Shown here: positions 54,001 to 62,420 of the stretch, in pieces | Position numbering within the stretch: the stretch's first letter is position 1 | Layout of the letters: every line of letters begins with the position of its first letter | Source: Eledone cirrhosa | Taxonomy: Eukaryota | Direction: 5' to 3' | NCBI GenBank assembly: GCA_964016885.1 | Contig: OZ024760.1 | Location: 3,534,001-3,598,000 of the forward strand | DNA length: 64,000 nucleotides | Notes under the pieces: generated by a model | Told to the model about the DNA's origin: nothing | Database searches by the model: none | What the model saw: only the letters and a program-made list of their open reading frames with translations | Position numbers and translations under genes: made by a program

Positions 54001-57000
54001 CACTACCATCAGCACCACCACGGACACAACCATCAGCTCCACCACAGACACTACCATCAGCACCACCACGGACACTACCATCAGCTCCACCACAGACACT
54101 ACCATCAGCTCCACCACAGACACTACCATCAGCACCACCACAGACACTACCACCATCTCCACCACGGACACTACCATCAGCTCCACCACGGACACTACCA
54201 TCAGCCCACCACAGACACTACCATCAGCACCACCACAGACACTACCATCAGCTCCACCACGGACACTACCATCAGCTCCACCACAGACACTACCATCAGC
54301 TCCAACACGGACACAACCATCAGCTCCACCACAGACACTACCATCAGCACCACCACGGACACTACCATCAGCACCACCACAGACACTACCATCAGCTCCA
54401 CCACAGACACTACCACCATCTCCATCACAGACACTACCATCAGCTCCACCACAGACACTACCATCAGCACCACCACAGACACTACCATCAGCTCCACCAC
54501 AGACACTACCATCAGCTCCACCACAGACACTACCACCATCTCCACCACAGACACCACCATCAGCACCACCACAGAAACTACCATCAGCTCCACCACGGGC
54601 ACTACCATCAGCTCCACCACAGACACTACCATCAGCACCACCACAGAAACTACCATCAGCACCACCACAGACACTACCATCAGCACCACCACAGACACTA
54701 CCATCAGCACCACCACAGACACTACCATCAGCACCACCACAGACACTACCATCAGCACCACCACAGACACTACCATCAGCACCACCACAGAAACTACCAT
54801 CAGCTCCACCACGGGCACTACCATCAGCTCCACCACAGACACTACCATCAGCACCACCACAGAAACTACCATCAGCACCACCACAGACACTACCATCAGC
54901 ACCACCACAGACACTACCATCAGCACCACCACAGACACTACCATCAGCACCACCACAGACACTACCATCAGCACCACCACAGACACTACCATCAGCACCA
55001 CCACAGACACTACCATCAGCACCACCACAGACACTACCATCAGCACCACCACAGACACTACCATCAGCACCACCACAGACACTACCATCAGCACCACCAC
55101 AGACACTACCATCAGCACCACCACAGAAACTACCATCAGCTCCACCACGGGCACTACCATCAGCTCCACCACAGACACTACCATCAGCACCACCACAGAA
55201 ACTACCATCAGCACCACCACAGAAACTACCATCAGCACCACCACAGACACTACCATCAGCACCACCACAGACACTACCATCAGCACCACCATAGACAATA
55301 CCATCAGCACCACCACAGACACTACCATCAGCACCACCACAGACACTACCATCAGCACCACCACAGACATTACCATCAGCACCACCACAGACACTACAAT
55401 CAGCTCCACCACAGACAATACCATCATCTCCACCACAGACACTACCATCAGCTCCACCACAGACACTACCATCAGCTCCACCACAGAAACTACCATCAGC
55501 ACCACCACAGACACTACCATCAGCACCACCACAGACACTACCATCAGCACCACCACAGACACTACCATCAGCACCACCACAGAAACTACCATCAGCTCCA
55601 CCACGGGCACTACCATCAGCTTCACCACAGACACTACCATCAGCACCACCACAGAAACTACCATCAGCACCACCACAGAAACTACCATCAGCACCACCAC
55701 AGACACTACCATCAGCACCACCACAGACACTACCATCAGCACCACCATAGACAATACCATCAGCACCACCACAGACACTACCATCAGCTCCACCACAGAC
55801 ACTACCATCAGCACCACCACAGAAACTACCATCAGCTCCACCACGGGCACTACCATCAGCTCCACCACAGACACTACCATCAGCACCACCACAGACACTA
55901 CCATCAGCACCACCATCTCCACTACCATCAGCTCCACCACAGACATTACCATCAGCACCACCACAGACACTACCATCAGCACCACCACGGACACTACCAT
56001 CAGCTCCACCACAGACACTACCATCAGCTCCACCACAGACACTACCATCACCACTACCATCAGCTCCACCACAGACACAACCATCAGCTCCACCACAGAC
56101 ACTACCATCAACTCCACCACAGATACTACCATCAGCACCACCACAGACACTACCATCAGCACCACCACAGACACTACCATCAGCACCACCACAGACACTA
56201 CCATCAACTCCACCACAGACACTACCATCAGCACCACCACAGACACTACCATCAGCACCACCACAGACACAACCATCAGCTCCACCACAGACACTACCAT
56301 CAGCACCACCACAGACACTACCATCAGCTCCACCACAGACACTACCATCAGCACCACCACAGACACAACCATCAGCTCCACCACAGACACTACCATCAGC
56401 TCCACCACAGACACTACCATCAGCACCACCACAGACACTACCATCAGCTCCACCACAGACACTACCATCAGCTCCACCACAGACACTACCATCAACTCCA
56501 CCACAGACACTACCATCAGCACCACCACAGACACTACCATCAGCACCACCACAGACACAACCATCAGCTCCACCACAGACACTACCATCAGCACCACCAC
56601 AGACACTACCATCAGCTCCACCACAGACACTACCATCAGCACCACCACAGACACAACCATCAGCTCCACCACAGACACAACCATCAGCTCCACCACAGAC
56701 ACTACCATCAGCTCCACCACAGACACTACCATCAGCACCACCACAGACACAACCATCAGCTCCACCACAGACACTACCATCAGCACCACCACAGACACTA
56801 CCATCAGCTCCACCACAGACACTACCATCAGCACCACCACAGACACAACCATCAGCTCCACCACAGACACTACCATCAGCACCACCACAGACACTACCAT
56901 CAGCACCACCACAGACACAACCATCAGCTCCACCACAGACACTACCATCAGCACCACCACAGACACTACCATCAGCTCCACCACAGACACCACCATCAGC

Positions 57001-57720
57001 TCCACCACAGACACTACCATCATCTCCACCACGGACACTACCATCAGCACCACCACAGACACTACCATCAGCACCACCACAGACACTACCATCACCACTA
57101 CCATCAGCTCCACCACGGACACTACCATCAGCTCCACCACAGACACTACCATCAGCACCACCACAGACACAACCATCAGCTCCACCACAGACACTACCAT
57201 CATCTCCACCACAGACACTACTATCAGCACCACCACGGACACTACCATCAGCTCCACCACAGACACTACCATCAGCACCACCACAGACACTACCATCAGC
57301 TCCACCACAGACACTACCATCAGCTCCACCACAGACACTACCATCAGCACCACCACGGACACTACCATCAGCTCCACCACAGACACTACCATCAGCACCA
57401 CCACGGACACTACCATCAGCTCCACCACAGACACTACCATCAGCACCACCACAGACACTACCATCAGCTCCACCACGGACACTACCATCAGCTCCACCAC
57501 AGACACTACCATCAGCACCACCACAGACACTACCATCAGCTCCACCACAGACACTACCATCAGCACCACCACGGACACTACCATAATGTCCACCACAGAC
57601 ACTACCATCAGCACCACCACAGACACAACCATCAGCACCACCACAGACACTACCATCAGCACCACCACGGACACTACCATCAGCTCCACCACAGACACTA
57701 CCATCAGCACCACCACCACC
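1..57720 (+). repeat. Giant 24-bp tandem array, consensus ACCACAGACACTACCATCAGC(A/T)CC, about 2,400 copies, truncated by the left window edge
   Basis: Directly visible strict 24-bp period throughout (57.7 kb / 24 is about 2,400 units). One biallelic A/T site plus recurrent rarer variants. Ends abruptly with intact units running into (ACC)n at about 57710-57720. Confidence 0.99.
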
Positions 57721-57735
57721 AGCCGCAACCACTAA
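3..57735 (+). CDS. Possible 5'-partial giant Thr/Ser-rich mucin-like repeat domain, (TTDTTIS[S/T])n; requires six single-base corrections
   Basis: The Thr frame is open 3-16352, then one frame is open from 16357 to TGA at 51010-51012 (the indels at 45098 and 45300 compensate). The Thr reading continues after -1 shifts at 51004, 53918 and 54205 and ends TTTTSRNH-TAA at 57733-57735. Many common variants are synonymous in this frame. No start, signal peptide, splice site or folded domain is visible, and no consensus codon is one step from a stop, so openness alone is weak evidence. Confidence 0.3.
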
Positions 57736-58003
57736 CACCACCATCACTAATGCCATTATCGTCACTAGCATCACCTCCACCACCACCACCACCATCACTA
57801 CTAATACCACCCTACCACTACCACCACAACCAGCACCACCACTACCATCACCATCACAACCACCACCACTACCACCTCCGGCACGATCACCCTTACCACC
57901 ACCACCACCACCATCACCACCACCACTAACCCCACCACCGCCACCCTCATCATCTCTACTACCACCACCACCACCACCATCACCACTAACACCACTAACA
58001 CTC
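57709..58003 (+). repeat. Degenerate (ACC/ACT/ATC)n trinucleotide low-complexity tract abutting the array
   Basis: Runs of accaccacc interspersed with act, atc and aac triplets; register shifts at about 57721 and 57810. Confidence 0.92.
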
Positions 58004-58027
58004 CAAATTGACCGACTGTTTATAAAT

Positions 58028-58033
58028 AATAAA
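58028..58033 (+). promoter_or_regulatory. Candidate polyadenylation signal AATAAA
   Basis: First AATAAA downstream of the array, within ataaataataaataa. Such hexamers are common by chance in AT-rich DNA. Confidence 0.15.
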
Positions 58034-58084
58034 TAACCGCCGAATTAAAAACATTGATGACTTCGTATGTTCTCACGATGCCAC

Positions 58085-58245
58085 ACCCATTTTTTGGAGG
58101 GGCGGGGGACTGGAAGTAGAGTCGATTGCATTGATCCCTGTACTTAACTGGTGTATATTTATCGACCGAGATGTGAAGTGGGTGGAGTGGGGAAAAAAAA
58201 GCCTCAATCGATACCACTTCGATATGAACTTATAACATAAAACAA
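58085..58245 (-). mobile_element. Highly degenerate SINE copy
   Basis: 58120-58178 (agtcgattgcattgatccctgtacttaactggtgtatatttatcgaccgag) is the diverged reverse complement of the SINE body seen at 59274-59315/59399-59410, and resembles 62455-62495. Boundaries are approximate. Confidence 0.55.
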
Positions 58246-58432
58246 CAACAATATAAGACAAAAAAAGGTAACATGGCCCTCTTGTGAAGGAGTTCGTTTG
58301 AGGACCAGGTGGTTCTGGCCTGGGACCCACTGCGCGGCACCTTTTTTTTTTTCAGTTTTTTCTTCTGTGGTAGACTTGGGTGTCACTATGGTAGATCGAT
58401 GTCTGATGAGTGGAATTTGATAGACGGAAAAT

Positions 58433-58921
58433 GTATCATCATCATCGCCATCACCACAACTATCATCGTCATCATCATCATCGTCTACATCATTATCACT
58501 ATCACTTTCATCATTATCATCATCACCACCACCTCCACCATCATCATCATCTACATCATCACCACCACTATTATCATCATCATCATCATCTACATAACCA
58601 CCACCACCACTATCACCATCATCATCATCGTCTAGATCATCATCACCGCCAGCACTACTACTGTCATCTACATCATTACCACCTCGTCATCACTACCACC
58701 ACCACCATCACCAACATCATTACCATCATCACCATCACCATCACCAACACTATCATCATCATTATTACCACCACCATCATCACCATCATAATCATCATCA
58801 CCATCATTATTACCACCACCATTACCATCGTCACCACTATCACTACCGTCACCACCACCATCATTATTACCATCACCATCACTACCATCATCATCATCAC
58901 TACATCATCATCATCATCATT
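58433..58921 (+). repeat. Degenerate (ATC/ACC)n trinucleotide tract
   Basis: About 490 bp of catcatcat/caccaccac triplets with substitutions and register shifts; source of the poly-Ile, poly-His and poly-Met/Val ORFs. Confidence 0.95.
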
Positions 58922-59194
58922 TTACATCCACTTTATTTCCATACTGGCTAGGTCATTACAAGCCAAGTCAGAACTTAATCGGAGGAGCTACTGTCTTCTT
59001 ACATGTATTAGTAGGGGGGGGGGGACTCACGTCTGGACCTATATATGACTCCTCTCTAGCATTCTTCTAGTTTAAATGTTTCAGGCCGTTGAGGGAATCC
59101 TTGGAGAATCCTTAGGGCGATCTTCAGGAAAAATCGCCGAGATGGGACTGCTCATTTCCTTTGGTAGTAGAATTCGATTATGTAACAAGGTTTT

Positions 59195-59461
59195 ATTTGA
59201 TGGATTGACAGTCAGACAATTGCTTAGTAGTATTTGTTCCAGTTCTTTACGTTTTGAGTTCAAATCCCACCGAGGTCGATGAAATAAAGTACCAGTTATG
59301 TACTGGAGTCCGATATATTGGGTCGTCAAGTATGAAATTTGTAGAAATTTGTTATTTTTCTAAATATTTCTACAAATTTCATATTTGACGACCCAATAAT
59401 TGACTTTCCACTTTTTTTCTCAAATTGCTGACCTTGTATCGATGCTAGAAAGAATTATAAG
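59195..59461 (+). mobile_element. Degenerate tRNA-head SINE with an internal deletion and a nested MITE
   Basis: B-box-like gagttcaaatccc at 59256-59268, then cgaggtcgatgaaataaagtaccagt and tail aattgctgaccttgt...tagaaagaattata, collinear with the copies at 60102 and 62419. The 5' boundary is uncertain. Confidence 0.75.
59318..59396. mobile_element. 79-bp MITE with 31-bp terminal inverted repeats and a TA target-site duplication (Tc1/mariner-type)
   Basis: Left arm ttgggtcgtcaagtatgaaatttgtagaaat matches the reverse complement of right arm atttctacaaatttcatatttgacgacccaa with one mismatch. TA at 59316-59317 and 59397-59398. TA duplications are characteristic of the Tc1/mariner superfamily. 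Confidence 0.85.
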
Positions 59462-59629
59462 TTCGATACCTAATCCAGTTATTTAATTGTTAAAGTTCTT
59501 TCGTCACACATTCTGTGAGGCTCCACCCCACCTCCATCGTGGCTATTTCTGATCCTCTGTGTCTCCTCTTCATTTTCTTTTATTCATTTCATCTTGGCCT
59601 TCTGCGGTGAGTATGTGGTATACACGTGC

Positions 59630-59630
<1 letters not shown>

Positions 59631-59669
<39 letters not shown>

Positions 59670-59692
59670 CTGAGCGTGACTCTGTGTGTGTA

Positions 59693-59724
<32 letters not shown>

Positions 59725-59902
59725 ACTGTATGTGTGTCTTTGTGTACTGCTACTTTCATAAGCTTTAGTGTTTAAAATATGCATGAATGCGTGTTTGTGT
59801 GTCTATGTGCGTGTGACTGTGTGTGTGTATGTGTGTGCGTTTGTGTATCTTTTTGTGTACTGCTTACTTTCATAAGCATGTGTTTGTGCATGTGTGTGTG
59901 TG
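59631..59902. repeat. (TC)n microsatellite followed by a degenerate (TG)n tract
   Basis: (TC)n at 59631-59665, TG-rich from about 59683. The motif tgtgtactgct(t)actttcataagc occurs twice (about 59741 and 59854). Confidence 0.92.
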
Positions 59903-60101
59903 CTTTTATATCTTGTTTCTCTCCAAGTTTTTTATTTGTTTGGTCTTGTAGGGAACTTTTTAGCTATTGACCCTGTAGGGAACTTATATCATTGCTCCAA
60001 CTGTCGGCCACATAGGGAGTTTTTCTTGTAATCGTTCTGGCTATTACCTGTAGCTGTTTTCTTGTCATTGTTATGTATTTATTGTTTACTCTTATTATTG
60101 T

Positions 60102-60287
60102 TGGATTGGCAGTATCGGTAGAGGGTCGGACGCCATGCTTTGACGCTTTGAGTTACGGCCCTTGCCATTCTGAGTTCAAATCCCGCCGAGGTTAACTTTG
60201 CCTTTCATCCTTACGGGGTCGATCAAATAAAGTATCAGTAATGCACTGGAGTAATTGCTGGCCTTGTGCCAAAAGTAGAAACAATTA
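60102..60287 (+). mobile_element. tRNA-derived SINE, near full length
   Basis: A-box-like tggcagtatcggta (60107-60120), B-box-like gagttcaaatccc (60172-60184), body gcctttcatccttacggggtcgat and tail gtagaaacaatta. A second copy lies inverted at 62419-62605. The body resembles my recollection of abundant octopus SINEs; the family needs Dfam/Repbase confirmation. Confidence 0.9.
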
Positions 60288-61020
60288 CTGTTTATCTGCA
60301 TATATGGTGCATTTGTATTTGTGTATATTCAGTTAAATTTCCCACCAGCTCTCGTGTATCACTAACGTTTCTATATGTATTTTTATGTATATGTATTCGT
60401 TCGCATTTCATCGCCTGTTTGTTTGTGTCCCTTCTTATGTGGCATATTATTTTTTATTCCTTCTCACCCCTATAGGTAGTTATTATTCTACTCCTTCATT
60501 CATTTATGGGTTGGTTCACTCCTTTGTATTTATTTTTATGTGTCATAATATTTTTTTTTCATCAGCCACTAGGTTATTGGGTTGTTACTATTCCATTCTT
60601 GCTTTCTATTAAGAGTGGGTTTATTTTCTGTTATATGGATGGCTTTTTTAATCTGTCCGAGTATTGCATCGGTTCGGTGTGTAGCTATGATTTTTACATC
60701 GATGTTTTCTAGTCAAACCCCCCTCTTCTAGTTGGCATGTTGGTAGTAGAGCACTGAGGAAATTTTTCTGAATTCAAAACCTTGAAAATTAAATTTTAGT
60801 TTATCTAAAGCACTTCTAAATATATAAGCTAGTCACACTCTAGTGATTTTTGTCGTTATACCACGAGTTCATCGGATCTACTCTGTTCCATACTTTGCTC
60901 CTATACATGTTGAATATTCTATTCTCACCCTTTTCCATGATAGTGTTCAATTTTTCCCTGATTTCTTTGTATAGCTGATCATGTGACTAACAGTAGAAAG
61001 CTTGGCGTGCCCTTGACAGA

Positions 61021-61262
61021 ACTGAAGAGTCCTCTCAACCCTTTTTTTGGCATGTTTTCTACAGCTAGATGCCCTTCCTATCACCAACTGTCTTACAGGG
61101 TGTACTATGTGCATTTCTCGTGCGACCAGCACTAGAGATGTTATCTTGCTGCGACTGAAGAGTTCTCTCAACCTTATTGAGCATAATTTCTACTGCAGAA
61201 AACCCCACACAACATCAACCACTCTACAGAGTGTATTGGGTGCACTCCATCATGGCACCTGC
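61021..61262. repeat. Diverged tandem duplication with a period of about 133 bp, probably retroelement-derived
   Basis: actgaagagtcctctcaacc (61021) versus actgaagagttctctcaacc (61154); caactgtcttacagggtgtactatgtgca versus caaccactctacagagtgtattgggtgca. Confidence 0.6.
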
Positions 61263-61307
61263 AATTAAGAGGTCTGAAAAGTACACTCCTACCTTCCGCA
61301 ATCCTCC

Positions 61308-61484
61308 CAAGTCTTCTGCAGTCAAGGCCCGTCTCTAATTGCTATGCAGCAGCATCACTTGCTCGCAGACATCGTACAACCTCACCTTCAGTCCGAAAGA
61401 GAAGTCACTCGTCAGCAGAGGTACTACTTGCTTCAATCTTATCCAGCTAGTTCTCATTCAGGCTACCGCACTTTCAGATCTCCC
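61308..61484 (-). mobile_element. Decayed non-LTR retrotransposon fragment (RTE-clade-like, region C-terminal to the RT core)
   Basis: Manual translation: GRSESAVA*MRTSWIRLKQVVPLLTSDFSFGLKVRLYDVCEQVMLLHSN*RRALTAEDL. This matches the pattern ..ARIR..W.KF..L.PLL......KGRLY..CV...ML.GSETW.. typical of RTE-type ORFs, with two in-frame stops. Recognised by eye only. Confidence 0.75.
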
Positions 61485-61517
61485 CCACCCTATTGCCTCT
61501 AGGTCAGTAAGATATAT

Positions 61518-61645
61518 TTGAAAAAAAAGAGAAGAATGGCTTCATTGGTTGTTGGTATTCTTTAATAGTTCAAATCTTTACAGTACGTCGTTATTGGTTG
61601 GAAAGATTTGAACCACCAGTGAAGTCATTCTTCTCTTTTTTTCAA
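61518..61645. mobile_element. Foldback / putative MITE of about 128 bp with imperfect 30-bp terminal inverted repeats, in TA-repeat context
   Basis: ttgaaaaaaaagagaagaatggcttcattgg pairs with ccagtgaagtcattcttctctttttttcaa (2 mismatches, 1 A-run indel). An inner stem gttcaaatcttt / aaagatttgaac is also present. Flanked by atatat on the left and (TA)n on the right. Confidence 0.65.
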
Positions 61646-61795
61646 TATATATATATATATATATATATATAGCCACTTCGGTTGTTTTCCTTTTGATGTC
61701 ACATATTTTAACTGTTATGTTTACTCTGGACGATAATCTATTAACTTTTCGCTCCAATGAGTGCTGTATGGCAGCTACAACTTCGCTTTATACCT

Positions 61796-61877
<82 letters not shown>
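61646..61877. repeat. (TA)n at 61646-61671 and compound (TA)n(GA)n at 61799-61877
   Basis: Perfect dinucleotide runs read directly, separated by about 125 bp of unique sequence. Confidence 0.95.
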
Positions 61878-62046
61878 GTTTTCTAAATAGGAACGGAACG
61901 GAGGCGAAGCACAGTTAAATCAAGTACTCATTAAAATAGTAGAGAAGGTATAGCTTTATTTCATAGAAATGATTTGTACATGACTAGAACTGTTTCATTC
62001 GTTTGAAATCATCAGTTTTAGTTCTCTAGAAGTCATTTCTGTGCGA

Positions 62047-62081
62047 TATATATATGTATAGCTTCATAAACCTATATTTAT

Positions 62082-62113
<32 letters not shown>

Positions 62114-62320
62114 TATGGAATACTGTTGGCTTTTTGCTACAATATTTTCTATACCTTTCATTTATATATATATATATATATTATAAGAATATATATATAT
62201 ATATTCTTATATATATATTATATATTCTTATATTACTCTTTTACTCTTTTACCTGTTTCAGCCATCCGAATATAAGAATATATATATATATATATATATA
62301 TTATAAGAATATATATATAT

Positions 62321-62353
<33 letters not shown>

Positions 62354-62420
62354 ATATATATAAGAATATATATATATATTCTTATATATATATATAGATA
62401 TATATATATATATTCTTATA
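62047..62420. repeat. AT-rich (TA)n tract carrying the motif TATAAGAAT in both orientations
   Basis: tataagaat at 62182, 62271, 62302 and 62359; attcttata at 62203, 62378 and 62412. Confidence 0.88.

Noticed and set aside
1-57720. CRISPR array
   Set aside because: Units are head-to-tail with no unique spacers, there are no cas genes, and the context is eukaryotic.
1-57720. Ice-nucleation or antifreeze protein (8-residue period, T-x-T motifs)
   Set aside because: It lacks the Gly/Ala turn residues and the strict 16/48-residue hierarchy of bacterial ice-nucleation proteins (AGYGSTxT) and the Ala-Ala-Thr of AFGPs. TxT is unavoidable at this Thr content.
13391-57728. Minus-strand (MVVSVV[E/V]L)n ORFs up to 6,570 aa
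   Set aside because: This is the codon-aligned antisense of the Thr frame. It is implausibly hydrophobic and is broken by a recurrent TAG (13391, 16611, 25383).
1917-57810. Minus-strand (CGGADGSV)n ORFs resembling keratin-associated, loricrin or Gly/Cys-rich structural proteins
   Set aside because: The frame is repeatedly terminated by TGA from the TCC>TCA variant, which has been amplified many times. Starts are GTG codons inside repeats. Best explained as the antisense shadow of the array.
54205-57929. His-rich (HHHRHYHQ)n reading, suggestive of squid-beak histidine-rich proteins
   Set aside because: It is reached only via two -1 shifts, lacks the Gly-rich GHG-type repeats of those proteins, and the same frame carries TAG stops elsewhere in the array.
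59604-59612. Strong + strand splice-donor match GCG|GTGAGT
   Set aside because: No convincing acceptor or coding exon upstream; an isolated match is expected by chance.
60107-60190. tRNA gene (A and B boxes)
   Set aside because: No cloverleaf is evident, and the boxes are followed by a repeated body and tail, so this is a SINE head.
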